Positions 12,463-24,900 of a stretch of DNA of 64,000 bases are shown in pieces. The notes below the pieces were generated by a model. It did not search any database. It was not told where the DNA came from and was given only the letters and a program-made list of their open reading frames with translations. Numbering within the stretch: position 1 is the first letter of the stretch; each line of letters opens with the position of its first letter. The position numbers and the translations under genes were made by a program. This stretch comes from a virus, in the IMG/VR virus record IMGVR_UViG_3300010885_020782, positions 1-64,000 of that record. The stretch is one strand, 5' to 3'.

Positions 12463-14391
12463 ATGGCTATTGATTTTCCATCAAGTCCTCAAGTAAATGA
12501 CACTTATCAATTTGGTTTGCAAACTTGGAAGTGGGATGGAACAACTTGGAATATTGTTGTTAGTCAACTTACTGGGCCGACTGGTGCGACTGGTGCACAA
12601 GGTCCGACGGGTGCCTCATCTACTATTGCTGGTCCGACAGGACCTACTGGTCGTTACGGAAAGTTTGCCTTAGAATCATCAACACCTCCATCTAATGCTG
12701 CATCTGGTGATGCTTGGTTTGATTCTGCAACAGGACAGTTATATGTTTATTACGATAACTACTGGGTTGAATCTGCATCAAGTATTGGTGGAGTAACAGG
12801 TCCAACTGGACCAACGGGACCAACGGGACCAACAGGACCGACAGGCTCTACAGGTTCACAAGGTGTAATTGGATTAACTGGACCAACAGGCTGGACTGGC
12901 CCTCGTGGGTATGAAGCAAAAATTGCTGGAACATATGCAACTTCAGCAGCACTTATTGCTGCTCTCCCAACTGGACCATCTATTCCAACACATTCATATT
13001 TAGTTGATGGTCAAGTTTATTCTTGGTCTACAACATCTTTTACTTGGGAAAATTTAGGAAGTATTAAAGGACCTCAAGGAGTAACTGGTCCATTAGGACC
13101 AACTGGACCGCAAGGAATTACAGGACCTACAGGTTCACTTGGACCTACAGGTTCACAAGGCGCTGGTCTTACTATTGCTGGAAGTTTTAATACATATCCA
13201 GAACTTCTTGCTGCACTTCCATATGGACCAACAATGCCTGGACAAGGTTATTTAGTTCAAGGAACTTTGTATGTTTGGAATGCTTCTGAAGTTTGGGCAA
13301 ACGTAGGTGTTATTCAAGGTCCAACTGGTATTCAAGGTATTCAGGGAGTTACAGGTCCAACGGGTGCGACTGGTGCAACAGGTCTATCAATTACTGGGCC
13401 ACAAGGAATTACTGGGCCGACTGGTGCAACAGGTATTCGTGGTTTCCAGGGTGCTACTGGAAATATTGGTCCAACTGGTGTTCAAGGTCCCACTGGTCCG
13501 CAAGGTATTACTGGACCAACTGGTGCACAAGGTATTACAGGACCTATTGGGTTAACAGGACCGACTGGTATTGGTATTGCAATTAAAGGCTACTACCCAA
13601 GTTACCCTGCTTTGGCTGCTGCTAAACCTACAGGTGCTGTAGGTGATGGTTATATTATTGTAAACAACCTTTGGATTTGGAATGCTGCTGTAGCAGACTG
13701 GCAGAACGCAGGTCCTGTTGTGGGTCCGCAAGGCCCAACTGGGGTTCAAGGAATTACTGGACCTACTGGACAATCAATTACTGGGCCGACTGGTGCGACT
13801 GGTGCTGCCTCAACTGTTGCGGGACCTACGGGTCCGCAAGGTATTACAGGACCAACTGGAGCGACTGGGCAGTCTGTTACAGGACCTGCTGGTCCGACGG
13901 GTGCAACAGGTGCAGCAAGCACAGTTGTGGGACCGACTGGACCTGCTGGTCCATCTGTGACTGGTCCGACGGGTGCAACAGGTGCAGCAAGCACAGTTGT
14001 GGGACCAACTGGTGCGACAGGTGCTACGGGAGCGACTGGTGTTGGTGCGACTGGACCGACAGGAACTCCTTTCTATGAACTCACTGGAAACGTATATACA
14101 ACTCCAATTACTCTTGCTCCAGCAGATGCATTTAAATTAGTTCGTATGAATGTCGCTATTGCACACACAATAACAATTCCACCAGATGGTCAGAGCGGAT
14201 ATACCTTCCCTGTGGGAACACAGATTGTTCTTATTCAATACAACTCTGGACAAACAACTATTGCTCCAGGTGCAGGAGTTATTCTTAACTCTGAAGGTGG
14301 AAAAAGAAAACTTTCTCAGACATACGCTACAGGCTCTCTTCTAAAGATTGCTGCTAATGAATGGTTACTTGCTGGAAGTTTGGTGGGTTAA
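12463..14391 (+). CDS. Collagen-like fibre protein 2
   Basis: MAIDFPSSP...WKWDG N-terminus, G-X-T tracts, three knobs, C-terminal [11 protein letters not shown]...EWLLAGSL domain. Confidence 0.9.
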   Translation: MAIDFPSSPQVNDTYQFGLQTWKWDGTTWNIVVSQLTGPTGATGAQGPTGASSTIAGPTGPTGRYGKFALESSTPPSNAASGDAWFDSATGQLYVYYDNYWVESASSIGGVTGPTGPTGPTGPTGPTGSTGSQGVIGLTGPTGWTGPRGYEAKIAGTYATSAALIAALPTGPSIPTHSYLVDGQVYSWSTTSFTWENLGSIKGPQGVTGPLGPTGPQGITGPTGSLGPTGSQGAGLTIAGSFNTYPELLAALPYGPTMPGQGYLVQGTLYVWNASEVWANVGVIQGPTGIQGIQGVTGPTGATGATGLSITGPQGITGPTGATGIRGFQGATGNIGPTGVQGPTGPQGITGPTGAQGITGPIGLTGPTGIGIAIKGYYPSYPALAAAKPTGAVGDGYIIVNNLWIWNAAVADWQNAGPVVGPQGPTGVQGITGPTGQSITGPTGATGAASTVAGPTGPQGITGPTGATGQSVTGPAGPTGATGAASTVVGPTGPAGPSVTGPTGATGAASTVVGPTGATGATGATGVGATGPTGTPFYELTGNVYTTPITLAPADAFKLVRMNVAIAHTITIPPDGQSGYTFPVGTQIVLIQYNSGQTTIAPGAGVILNSEGGKRKLSQTYATGSLLKIAANEWLLAGSLVG

Positions 14392-14394
14392 TCA

Positions 14395-15306
14395 ATGCTT
14401 AAAGCCCTCCATGGGATTTGGTCTTCTCGTATCCGTCTAAATGCCCCGTCTTCATATACTCTTCAAACAAGTAGTTTTGGAAGCACAGAAATATCATCAG
14501 TAGAGTTTTTAAATAATCAATTTATTGCTGTGGGGAACTCAGGTAAGTTAGCAACCTCTCCTGAAGCAATCACATGGACTCAACAAACAAGTAGTTTTGG
14601 AACATCTACCATCTGGGACGTTGCTTATGGTGCTGGTGTTTATGTTGCAGTTGGCGCTTCTGGAAAACTTGCTACCTCGGCAGATGGAAATAGTTGGACA
14701 CAAAGAACGAGTAGTTTTGGAACTTCAACAATTCTTCATGTAATTTATTCTGGCTCTCTTTTTGTTGCTGTTGGTGTTTCTGGAAAGTTAGCAACTTCTA
14801 TAGATGGACTTACTTGGACACAGCGAACAAGTAGTTTTGGAACTTCAATTATTTATGGAATTACTTATTCAGGGTCTTTATATGTTGCAGTAGGTGATGC
14901 AGGTAAACTAGCAACTTCACCAGATGCAACAACTTGGACTCAAAGAGCAAGTAGTTTTACCACAAGCATTATTTATTCAGTTTCTTATGGTTTAAATTAT
15001 TATGTTGCTTGCGGGGGAGATGGAAAAATTGCAATTTCATCAGATGGCTCTACATGGACTCAGAAGACGCAGACGGTTGGAGCGCTCACTTTGAGAGATG
15101 TAGATTTTGGTGCTGCAACATTTTTTATTGGCGGAGTAAACGGAACAACAATATATTCAACAGATGCTAATAACTGGGTACAAGTTGAGTCAAACTTTAC
15201 TGGTTCAAATGTCAACACTGTCTCATACGGATTTCCAACAGGGATACCAAAGTTTGTTGCAGCAGGTCAATTAGGGCTTTTGGGCACATCGCTCATTACT
15301 AACTAG
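14395..15306 (+). CDS. Repeat beta-propeller protein (WD40/YCF48/BNR-like), probable fibre-associated adhesin
   Basis: About seven 41-aa repeats of AVG.SGKLATS.DG.TWTQRTSSFGTS.I..V.Y. Confidence 0.8.
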   Translation: MLKALHGIWSSRIRLNAPSSYTLQTSSFGSTEISSVEFLNNQFIAVGNSGKLATSPEAITWTQQTSSFGTSTIWDVAYGAGVYVAVGASGKLATSADGNSWTQRTSSFGTSTILHVIYSGSLFVAVGVSGKLATSIDGLTWTQRTSSFGTSIIYGITYSGSLYVAVGDAGKLATSPDATTWTQRASSFTTSIIYSVSYGLNYYVACGGDGKIAISSDGSTWTQKTQTVGALTLRDVDFGAATFFIGGVNGTTIYSTDANNWVQVESNFTGSNVNTVSYGFPTGIPKFVAAGQLGLLGTSLITN

Positions 15307-15315
15307 GAGAGTGAA

Positions 15316-15471
15316 ATGGCGTATACTTATACAATAACAAGAGAACTGATTTGTGAAGTAAAATTAGATGATGTAGTTGTTGATAGTTCTGGCCCATGGG
15401 AGTCAGAGGCTTCAGCCATCAACTGGGCATCCGCATATACAAACCAATTAAATCTTGGTCTTGAATCCTAA
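15316..15471 (+). CDS. 51-aa hypothetical protein missing from the ORF track (MAYTYTITRELICEVKLDDVVVDSSGPWESEASAINWASAYTNQLNLGLES)
   Basis: AGGAGA RBS at 15305-15310, ATG 15316, TAA 15469-15471; fills the gap between fibre genes. Confidence 0.7.
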   Translation: MAYTYTITRELICEVKLDDVVVDSSGPWESEASAINWASAYTNQLNLGLES

Positions 15472-15510
15472 CCGTACAATTAGAACTATCTATTCTTGAG
15501 GAGAGTGTAA

Positions 15511-17199
15511 ATGGCAGCGATTGATTTTCCTAATTCGCCTTCCCTAAATCAAGAATTTAGTTCTGGAACAAATACTTGGCGTTGGAATGGCAGTGTTTGG
15601 CAAGTTGTAAAGATTGCTCCAATTGGTCCTACAGGTCCGACGGGTGCTCGTGGTCTTCAGGGAATTACTGGGCCAACGGGTGCTACGGGTGCAGTTGGTG
15701 CTGGTCTTACACTTCTTGGTTCATATGCCACGCTTAATCAACTGATTGCTGCTGACCCTGTCGGAAGTATCGGTGAGGCGTACCTTGTACAAGGTGACTT
15801 ATATGTTTGGGATGTTGTAGGCGCACAATGGCTTAATGCAGGAAACATTCTTGGTCCTACAGGACCTACAGGTTCTACTGGCCCAATATCTACAGTTCCA
15901 GGACCGACTGGCCCTACTGGAAGCACTGGTCCACAAGGAACATCTATTAATGTTCGAGGAAGTGTTGCAACTCCTCAAAATCTTCCACCTACAGGCAATG
16001 CTCGAAACGACGCATTTGTTGTTGACTCAGATGGTGATATGTATGTCTGGAGTGGCACTGCGTGGAGTAGCGTTGGACAGATTGTCGGTCCAACGGGACC
16101 AACGGGACCAACTGGCCCTACTGGAAATATTGGCCCCAAAGGCAAGGACTACGTTTCAACTGATGGAACTGGTATTCCTACAGAAACTTATATTGGTTTA
16201 GGCTCACCTACAGGACCAACCTCTGGTGATATTTGGTTTGATATTGATGACCTTGGTGCCAATGCTGCAATCTATTCTGGAACTACAGCACCAGACCCAG
16301 CAGAGTTTCAATTTTGGGCGTCTGAAGAAAATGTAATTGAAGAACTTATCTACTCCGACCCAAACCCTCCAGCAGGAACACGCTTTGAGGGAGATTTGTG
16401 GATTGATGAAGATGATATTGATTTAGATTATCTTGCTATTCAACCCACAGCACCAGATGAAGATGTAACTGTTCTCTGGGTTGACACCAGTGGTCAAGAT
16501 GAAATTTTGGAAGGTCCCCAAGGACCAACGGGACCTACGGGTCCGCAAGGTATTGCTGGGCCAGCAGGACAAAGTTTTGTTCCTGGACCAACTGGACCGC
16601 AGGGCGTGCCTGGAGCAACCAACGAAGTTGATTTTATTTTAGGAAGCCACTTAGAAAATATTTCTAGGGCTCATTTAGGAACTAACTGCGCTATCAATAT
16701 TAGACCTGATTTTGGCTCAAACCCAGCAGCAATTCTTATATCGCCAAAGGTATTGACAATTAATAGTATTTCTATGTTTTGTTTTAATGGCTCTGGCTTC
16801 TTGGACTTACCTGGAGCAACATACGCTAGATATCTTCTTTACACAATAAATTTACAGACTGGCGGTATGACTCTTGTTGCACGAACCAATAGTGATACAA
16901 GTTTGATGACCGAGACAGGTGCTTGGTATACCCGTTCATTTAGTATTTTTGGCGGGTATCCATCATCTTATACTTTAGTCCCTGGTCAAGCCTATGCTGT
17001 TGTTTTCTCAACAGATACATCCGCCACAACTTTACTTTTGGCTGGTATGGACCTAGGTAAACCTGCGTTTGCAAACACTATTGGGCTAGGAATTCCAGGA
17101 AATACCATTTCGGGAACAATCTCCAGAGGAGACTCTTTACTAACACCAACTTTACTTTCTACATATGCCAACCTTGTCCCCTGGGTCAGGGTATTTTAG
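15511..17199 (+). CDS. Collagen-like fibre protein 3
   Basis: [10 protein letters not shown]...WRWNG N-terminus paralogous to fibre 2; G-X-T tracts, two knobs, acidic P..GD.W repeats, C-terminal beta domain. Confidence 0.88.
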   Translation: MAAIDFPNSPSLNQEFSSGTNTWRWNGSVWQVVKIAPIGPTGPTGARGLQGITGPTGATGAVGAGLTLLGSYATLNQLIAADPVGSIGEAYLVQGDLYVWDVVGAQWLNAGNILGPTGPTGSTGPISTVPGPTGPTGSTGPQGTSINVRGSVATPQNLPPTGNARNDAFVVDSDGDMYVWSGTAWSSVGQIVGPTGPTGPTGPTGNIGPKGKDYVSTDGTGIPTETYIGLGSPTGPTSGDIWFDIDDLGANAAIYSGTTAPDPAEFQFWASEENVIEELIYSDPNPPAGTRFEGDLWIDEDDIDLDYLAIQPTAPDEDVTVLWVDTSGQDEILEGPQGPTGPTGPQGIAGPAGQSFVPGPTGPQGVPGATNEVDFILGSHLENISRAHLGTNCAINIRPDFGSNPAAILISPKVLTINSISMFCFNGSGFLDLPGATYARYLLYTINLQTGGMTLVARTNSDTSLMTETGAWYTRSFSIFGGYPSSYTLVPGQAYAVVFSTDTSATTLLLAGMDLGKPAFANTIGLGIPGNTISGTISRGDSLLTPTLLSTYANLVPWVRVF

Positions 17200-17275
17200 G
17201 GCATATGCGGAAGTCGTAAAAGAGAAAATAGGATAATATATAGATGCTACTTGTTGACGAGTGTAGGAGCAATCA

Positions 17276-17815
17276 ATGTCATTAAAACGCTGGACAGGTA
17301 CCCAATGGGTAGTTGTTGCTGGTTCACGTCCGGGTGCTCAAGGAGCCCCTGGCCCAACGGGCCCTGCTGGCTCAACTGGAACCGCAGGAGCAGTAGGTGC
17401 AACAGGACCAACAGGCGCTGCTGGTGTTGCAGGTACTCGTGGAAGTAAAATTAATGTTGGCGCTGTTGCACCAGAGTCGGCAGGTATTTCTGGTGCCTTA
17501 CAAGCAGATGTCTACCTAAACTCTGCAAACGGAAACTTTTATGCGTATAGTTCATCCAACAGCACATGGGTGTTGCAAGGTAATATCAAAGGAGCAAATG
17601 GTGCGGCAGGGGCAACTGGTCCTACAGGCGCTATTGGTGCACAAGGTATTCCTGGAGCAAACGGAACTACAGCAGACACAAATAGAATTAGTTTGTTAGA
17701 AATGAACACTTTGCTATCACTCGGCCTCTTTGGAGACCAAGCAGTAAGTTCAACTACAAACATTACAAATATTGGCTCAAACTCCAGTGCCCTAATCGCT
17801 CTGGCCCTACTGTAA
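17276..17815 (+). CDS. Short collagen-like protein 4
   Basis: MSLKRWTGTQW N-terminus, two collagen tracts, one knob-like module, hydrophobic helical C-terminus; AGGAG RBS. Confidence 0.82.
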   Translation: MSLKRWTGTQWVVVAGSRPGAQGAPGPTGPAGSTGTAGAVGATGPTGAAGVAGTRGSKINVGAVAPESAGISGALQADVYLNSANGNFYAYSSSNSTWVLQGNIKGANGAAGATGPTGAIGAQGIPGANGTTADTNRISLLEMNTLLSLGLFGDQAVSSTTNITNIGSNSSALIALALL

Positions 17816-17837
17816 ACGATGGCGAGGATATAAAAAT

Positions 17838-20800
17838 ATGTCAAGAAGAGTAATCAGAGGTACGACTTATACCTTTAATCCATCAACTAAAACTATTGTC
17901 ATCCCTCGTGTTGTGCAGCAAGAGCGTCTTATGCTCATTACCAACATCACTAGGGGTACAATTATTTATAACTTTGCCGAATCAACTTTGGCTGCACAAT
18001 CATTTGTATATAGCAATGACCCAGTTGACCCGTCAACAACAGTAGTTTTAAACTCCTCTCTTTCTACATCAGGGATGTTGTCCACAGACAAACTTGCAAT
18101 TATGGTGGACGAGTTAAATGAGACAGTAACTTTCTCCGACACTCTTCTTGATGCTGTAGATAAACTTCGCGTTGCCCCTCCACAGTCTTTGATGGATACA
18201 GACTTTGAATACTCTGTTCAGCCATCTAAGTGGGAAGCACTTTTATTGATGAATAACTACCCTTCATTCTTTGCAAAGGGTACTGGCGGTAACTCATTTG
18301 AAAACGTTACTATTGAAGGAAACGGTCAAGGACCTCGTTCTTTAGTTACTATAACAACTTTAGCATTCCACAATTTATTGCCAGGAAGCATTGTTTCAAT
18401 TCAAGATACAACTAATTTTCGTGCTGAAGGAACATTCCTTGTTAACAGCGTTCCAACACCAACAACATTTACATACTTTGCTCGTGGACTAGTTTCTGGT
18501 TCAATCGCTATTGCTAACTACTCAACCGTATATGGTGGAGATACATTTGATAATGCTCATATTCCTGGTGGTGTAGCAAGTACATCAACACTTAATGGTT
18601 TTGGAGCAACAACAAGCGGTGGAAATCCTTCAATAATCACACTTTCATTTACAAACCCTCATGGTTTGTTCCCAGGTACACCTATTGTTGTTAACAACAC
18701 TAGCGGTATGAATGGTAACTGGATTGTTAAGACAGTTCCAGACCCACGCTCATTTACATTTGAAATTTCTGACCAAGTTGTTACAGCAGTTTCAACATCG
18801 TCATCATCAGTTGTCTATACAAAGCCAGAAGGTTATGTACAGCATCGCCCAACAGACGGCGGCGTGTCTCTTACAACTCTTAGCAACGCAATGGGTTCAC
18901 AGACAATTCGTCAGACTCGTCGTTATTTCCGATATCAGTCAGGTAAGTCAATCCAGTTCTCAACTGGTGCAAAGTTTACTCCTTCATTTGACATTGTTCG
19001 TCTTTTTGCAAGTGATGTTGGCTCCGCTGGAGTTAAGACAGTTACTGTAGAAACTCTTCAAGACCATGGTCTACAACCAGGAGCAACAATTCTTGTAGAA
19101 GGTATTGAAACTGTTGCTTTAAATAATCCTTACAATGGCACATTTACTGTCTTTACTGTTACAGACACAAATACTTTTTCATATCAAGTAACTCTATCTT
19201 CTGCTCTACCTCTAACAGATTTAACTCCTGGAGGAACTAATCGTTCAATTACAGTTTCTAACTGGATTGGAGCAACTACTCGTACAGGTATGTTTGATGA
19301 CCAGAATGGTTTCTATTTTGAGTATGATGGTCAATATATGTATGCAGTTCGTCGCTACTCAAATACGGAGTTGGCGGGAAAAATTGCCGTTAATCAACGT
19401 TCAGGACAAGTTATTGGAACAGGAACAATTTTTAGAAAGCAACTAACAGTTGGCGATAAAGTTGTTATTCGTGGTCAAACCTATCTTGTAAATAATATTC
19501 ACAGCGATACAGAGTTATATATTAACCCAACTTATCGCGGTGAAAACTTAACTAATGGTCGTATCCTAAAAACTCAAGAAATTCGTATTCGTCAAGACCA
19601 ATGGAACTTTGATAAGATGGATGGAACAGGTCCTTCAGGATACGTTCTAGACCCTCGTAAGATGCAGATGGTTTACATTGACTATACTTGGTACGGCGCT
19701 GGGTTTATTCGTTGGGGATTCAGGACAATTCGCGGTGATGTGGTTTATTGCCATCGTATGGCTAACAACAACATTAACAATGCCGCATATCAGCGCTCAG
19801 GTAACCTACCTGCTCGCTATGAAGTATTTAATGAGCCACGCAGTGCACGTTTGACTTCAGGTGAAACAAATGCTGTTGGCTCAACGCTGCAACCAAATGC
19901 AACAACTATGTATGTTGACAATGTTACTGGCTGGGCACCAAGCGGATATCTTTTTGTAAAAAATGACTCTGCTTGCGAAATGATGTCTTATAGTCAAATT
20001 GGAGCGTATAGTTCTACTGCAAAGGGCTTCCCTGTAACAGTTGCTCGTCGTCAGACATACTCAATTTACTTCCCTGGTCAAACAGTTATTTTGGCAGCAG
20101 GAAGTTCATCTACAGCCTTATCATTTAACCCAGACACCACTCTAGGTGGAAATGGCGCTGCTCAGGTATCTGTTCAGACCGTCACACAAACCTGCGCCCC
20201 TCAAATCTCCCACTGGGGTTCATCTGTAATTATGGATGGTCGTTTTGATGATGACTCAAACTACACATTTACTGCTGGTATGCAGAAGACATTGACAGTT
20301 ACTACAGGTGTAGCAAGACCTCTAGTTGCCGTTCGTCTTGCTCCTTCAGTAGATAACGCGATTGCTAAAAACTTTGGTAACCGTGAACTTGTTAACCGTA
20401 TGCAGATGAAACTATCTTCGATGGGTATTTCTGCTAACGGACAGTTCCTCATCAGAGGTATCCTAAATCCAACAACAATTTCATATAACAACCACGCTGC
20501 GGGTTCATTTGATGTTACTGGATATACAGTTGTTACCGCAGTTGCGCCGTTTGCATCAGTTGCAAATACTGCGTTTCAGTCATATATCAACCTAAGTAGC
20601 GTTCAAAACTTAGCAGTTGGTATGCAGGTAAGAGGAGCAGGTACTACTGGAAGAGTTGTCACTGGAGCAGTTATTACCGGTATTTTTGGAACAACTATTC
20701 AGTTGTCACAGCCGATTACTGCTGGTGCTACCTTGAGTGGAGAAACAATCAACTTCACTGGAACTCCTGCATACAACGGATTACCTATTGACTGGCAGCG

Positions 20801-21158
20801 TGACCGTGTTGGTTCAGGTTCTTTGGCTCAGGTGCTTTACTTTGACAATTCTGGTCCATATGGAGGATTAGTTCCTGGAAGTGCTGGTACAACTTTCCCT
20901 GCTACTGGCTCGCTTTCAGGTGGTGACGAAGTGTTCTCGTTCTATACAGAAAACTCTGGTTCCACAGCGTTCAACGTTACTAACTATGAATTGAAGACAA
21001 TTCGAGAACTTGGTAACTCAATTCTCAGCGGTAACGGTAACCCTGCTAGCCCAAGTTACCCAAACTCTCCTGACGTGCTAGTTATTACGGCTGCCAACAT
21101 TGGTACTGCTTCGGCTAACATCTCTGCCCGTGTCTCTTGGACTGAGGCTCAGGCATAA
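17838..21158 (+). CDS. Large virion structural protein (tail/baseplate-like) with three H-G-L beta modules and a lectin-like C-terminal region
   Basis: YTFNPSTKTIVI N-terminus, MDTDFEYSVQPSKWE, SQTIRQTRRYFRYQSGK, IDYTWYGAGFIRWG, ends SWTEAQA. Confidence 0.6.
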   Translation: MSRRVIRGTTYTFNPSTKTIVIPRVVQQERLMLITNITRGTIIYNFAESTLAAQSFVYSNDPVDPSTTVVLNSSLSTSGMLSTDKLAIMVDELNETVTFSDTLLDAVDKLRVAPPQSLMDTDFEYSVQPSKWEALLLMNNYPSFFAKGTGGNSFENVTIEGNGQGPRSLVTITTLAFHNLLPGSIVSIQDTTNFRAEGTFLVNSVPTPTTFTYFARGLVSGSIAIANYSTVYGGDTFDNAHIPGGVASTSTLNGFGATTSGGNPSIITLSFTNPHGLFPGTPIVVNNTSGMNGNWIVKTVPDPRSFTFEISDQVVTAVSTSSSSVVYTKPEGYVQHRPTDGGVSLTTLSNAMGSQTIRQTRRYFRYQSGKSIQFSTGAKFTPSFDIVRLFASDVGSAGVKTVTVETLQDHGLQPGATILVEGIETVALNNPYNGTFTVFTVTDTNTFSYQVTLSSALPLTDLTPGGTNRSITVSNWIGATTRTGMFDDQNGFYFEYDGQYMYAVRRYSNTELAGKIAVNQRSGQVIGTGTIFRKQLTVGDKVVIRGQTYLVNNIHSDTELYINPTYRGENLTNGRILKTQEIRIRQDQWNFDKMDGTGPSGYVLDPRKMQMVYIDYTWYGAGFIRWGFRTIRGDVVYCHRMANNNINNAAYQRSGNLPARYEVFNEPRSARLTSGETNAVGSTLQPNATTMYVDNVTGWAPSGYLFVKNDSACEMMSYSQIGAYSSTAKGFPVTVARRQTYSIYFPGQTVILAAGSSSTALSFNPDTTLGGNGAAQVSVQTVTQTCAPQISHWGSSVIMDGRFDDDSNYTFTAGMQKTLTVTTGVARPLVAVRLAPSVDNAIAKNFGNRELVNRMQMKLSSMGISANGQFLIRGILNPTTISYNNHAAGSFDVTGYTVVTAVAPFASVANTAFQSYINLSSVQNLAVGMQVRGAGTTGRVVTGAVITGIFGTTIQLSQPITAGATLSGETINFTGTPAYNGLPIDWQRDRVGSGSLAQVLYFDNSGPYGGLVPGSAGTTFPATGSLSGGDEVFSFYTENSGSTAFNVTNYELKTIRELGNSILSGNGNPASPSYPNSPDVLVITAANIGTASANISARVSWTEAQA

Positions 21159-21227
21159 AATGGTAAACTACAAAAACACCCATAGCAAAAAAACTGCTAG
21201 AATTTACAATCAAGGAATGGAGAAATA

Positions 21228-21566
21228 ATGCCTAGTTATGACAGCCTGTCTACCCAAATTGATGCGGTTAAGGCAGAAATTACCACTAGCCTCGCTGCTA
21301 GTACTTATACTGCTCAGGACCTAGTTTTCGTTTCTAAGGCATTAGAAACTCTAGGCTCACTCCTAGGAGTGAATGATATTGTTGCTGCTACTACGGCCTC
21401 TGTTGCTCTCGTGAATAACGCTGGCACTACTCAGGTAAGTTCAGTTAACACGGCTGGTACTACGCAAGTTGCGGCAGTGAACTCAGCGGGAAACACAAAA
21501 ATAGCAACAATCACTGCAACAGCAAATGATTTAACCATCAACTCATACATGGGAGTGTTAGCATAA
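21228..21566 (+). CDS. Hypothetical virion-associated protein with short internal repeats (VNNAGTTQV / VNTAGTTQV / VNSAGNTKI)
   Basis: GGAG RBS; TAATG coupling to the next gene. Confidence 0.7.
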   Translation: MPSYDSLSTQIDAVKAEITTSLAASTYTAQDLVFVSKALETLGSLLGVNDIVAATTASVALVNNAGTTQVSSVNTAGTTQVAAVNSAGNTKIATITATANDLTINSYMGVLA

Positions 21567-21901
21567 TGGCAACTACAGCAAAGAAACTTTTCGCGGGTGT
21601 GGCTACTACCTCTGGTGTCACTGCTTATAACGGCGTGCCATCAGGTGGAAACACAATCGTTACAAATATCGTCGTAGCAAATAAAACAGCATCTGTTACT
21701 ACTATAACTGTCCAGTTTGGAACTGGCGGCTATAACTCAGCAACAGCATTTAACTTTTGTAGTGGTCTACAAGTTCCAGCCAACGGAACTGTAAACTTTG
21801 ATATTCGTCAGGTTATGAACCCAAACGATGTCATCTATGTTGGTGCTTCATCCAATAACGCGCTTGATGTACTTATTTCAGGCGTAGAAGTCACCGCGTA
21901 A
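21566..21901 (+). CDS. Hypothetical small beta-sandwich virion protein
   Basis: IVTNIVVANKT...VMNPNDVIYVGAS...LISGVEV; sits in the fibre cluster. Confidence 0.7.
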   Translation: MATTAKKLFAGVATTSGVTAYNGVPSGGNTIVTNIVVANKTASVTTITVQFGTGGYNSATAFNFCSGLQVPANGTVNFDIRQVMNPNDVIYVGASSNNALDVLISGVEVTA

Positions 21902-21929
21902 TAAAACAGAAACGAGAGGCTAAAGAACA

Positions 21930-24900
21930 ATGGCTATTTCAGGTAGCAAAGATTTAATTGTATTTCCTAATGACAACTCTGGACGCTTCTCGATTAAAGA
22001 AGTCCAGTACAACTCAAACGGCACATTTACCGTACCAACTGGCATCACAGCAGTAGAAGTTATTGCTGTAGGTGGTGGCGGTGGTGGTGGCGGTGGCGCT
22101 GACATTATTGCTGGTGGTGGTGGTGGCGGAGGACAGGTTGTCCAGCGTCAAGTTCCTGTTACTCCAGGCACAACATACAACGTTTCAATTGGTGCAGGTG
22201 GACATGGTGGTCAAGGTGCAGTAACAGCCATTACTGACTACATCAACACTATGCCTGGCGGCGTAGGTGGAACAACAGTATTTGGTGGCTCAACCCCTGT
22301 AAACCTTTTGATGAACCCTTCTTTTAACAAGGGAACTTCTCTCTGGGAAGCAAATAATATTCAGCAAGTTCAGAAGACTGCTACTGGTACTTCAGGTCTG
22401 TTTACAATTGATATTCGTCCAGATAATACTGGAATTTTAGTTGGTATGACAGTAACTGGTACAGGTATTGGTTCCAACGCAGTTGTGACTCAAATTGCAA
22501 CAAACGTAATTACACTATCTGTTATCAACTCAGGTACCGTATCTGGAACACTTACATTCCTTCTACAGTCTTGCACAATCACACCAACAAGCATTATTTA
22601 CAACGACAACATTAACCTTTCTGCATCTCTGGGAACAAATCAATCAAATAACTTGATTCAGGCTCAGTACGCTCAGTTAGAAGACGTTGCTCTTACTGGT
22701 TCTTCATTCTTCGTACTTGATAACTTGGCTTCTATTACTGCTCAGGTATCTTCAAACCCTTATCCAAAACTTGCTGAAATGGTTTCACCAGCAGCGATTG
22801 GTACATCTTCAGGTGCTAACGCACTTATCTGTACTAACTCAACAACTGGTGCTCGTCTAGTAGGTCTTTCAACTTCAGGCTCAGGTGCTCTATCTGGCGG
22901 AACAACTGGTTTTGCTTATGACCCTAACGCAACCTACACAGTTTCAATGTATGTTTACCACACAAGCCCTACACCACAGAACCTTGTTGTTCAGTTGCGT
23001 ATTGGTGATGGTTCTAACTACCCAACAAATAACCAGGGAACTTCTTCTGGTACAGGAACTGTTTACTCATCTGGTTCTCCAGCATCTGGTGGATATAACG
23101 TAACTCAGGTTACTATTACAGCACCACTATCTGGTTACGGTGGAACAATTGCTAAGACAATTTCTGGTCTACAAGGAAACAACTTTATTGCTGTAGACAA
23201 TGCTGACGGTCTCTTCGTAGGTCAGGCAGTTTCTGGTACTGGTATTGGTGCAGCAGCAACTGTTGTAAACATTGCTGGAACAACAATTACACTTTCTGCT
23301 AACAACTCTGGAGCAGTAAGCGGAACAGGTACTTTTGCACACACAGGTATTGTTTCTGGTGCATGGCGCCGTGTTTCTGCAACATTTACTGGTCTTCCAG
23401 CATATGCAGCAGGTCTAACTGCTAAGTGGGCCTATATTGGACTTCTTGTTCCTGCTAACGTAACTATGTTGTTTGATAACGTTCAGGTTGAACTTGGAAA
23501 CTCTGCTACAGCATATCGTCCACCAACCTACAACAGTGGTGTTGGTCTTAAAATGATTTCAACTGTAACTACTGGTGCAAACATGGAAGTTTCACATGAT
23601 TTCATCAAAGCAACACCAGGACAGATTTACACAGGCTCATTCTATGCTTGGGCATGGAAAGAATATAGAACTACTAATGCCTACCTTGAGTTCTATGATG
23701 TTGACCAGAATTTTATTTCTCGTACATCAGGAACCGCATCTCTTCTAGGAACAACTGGAACAAAGATGGGCTCTACAAGCAACCTTCAGGCAACACCTGG
23801 GCGTCGTTATACAGTAAGTGGTACAGCACCAGGAAACGCAGTTTATATGCGTCTTGGAGCAACATTTGCTTTTGCTGCTAACAACGCCACTGGTGGTTCT
23901 GAGCCTGAGTTCTACTTAGCATATGCTCAATTAGAAGCAGCAGGAGGAGTTACATTCTACAAGGATGGAAATACTTCTGGATATACATGGGCTGGCGAAG
24001 CACATTACTCTGCAACAATTACTTCACCTCTTCTTGTAGCCAAGGGCGGTGGTGGTGGTGGAACTTACAACACTAACCTTCGTTTCTGGCAGTTCGGTCT
24101 TCCAGGCGCTAACGCAGGTGGACACGGAATCACAAACTCATCTACAACACCTACATATGGTGGTGGTGGTGCTGGTGCTGGTGGTCCTGGTGGAAACGCT
24201 ATTTCTTACTCAGCAGTAGAAAGCGCTAGCGGTACAACTTCTGGCTATGGAACATCTGGCTCAACAATGCTTCAGAATGTTCAGCAGCAGGGTAATCAAG
24301 GCGGATACGCAGTTTCTTCAACTAGCGCATCAATCCCTACTTACGGTGGAGATGGTGGTCCAGGAGTTCTTGTTAATGGAACTGGAACACTTGCTGTTAC
24401 ACAACTTGGTGGCGGTGGCGGTGGAGGCGGATGGAATGCCTTTGCACAGGGTTCAAACAACAACCCAGGTCGCGGTCAAGCAGGTGGCGGTAAGGGTGGA
24501 CACACTTACATTGCATACTTAACTGGTCAGGGTGGCGGTCTTATTACAGATTACTACGCTCGCGGTCTTGATGCTGCTCCTAATACAGGTTCTGGTGGTG
24601 GTGGTGCAGGTTCAAACGGTGGTGTTTCACCTTTGACACTTCAAACACACTCAGCATCGCAGTTTATTAACTTCGAGACATCGGGTGCTCCTAACCAAGA
24701 TATGACCCGCTGGGCTCCTGTATATAACGCTACAACAGCGCTTCTTACTGGTTCTACTAAGTACGGTACTAACGCACTTCGTACAACAATTCAGGATGCT
24801 GGAAATGCCAAGGTAATTACATCTTGGACAGATTTCCCAATCTTGCCTCGTACACAGTTGTTCTTCTCAGGCTTCTCATTCCGTTTGTCTACTGGTTCAA

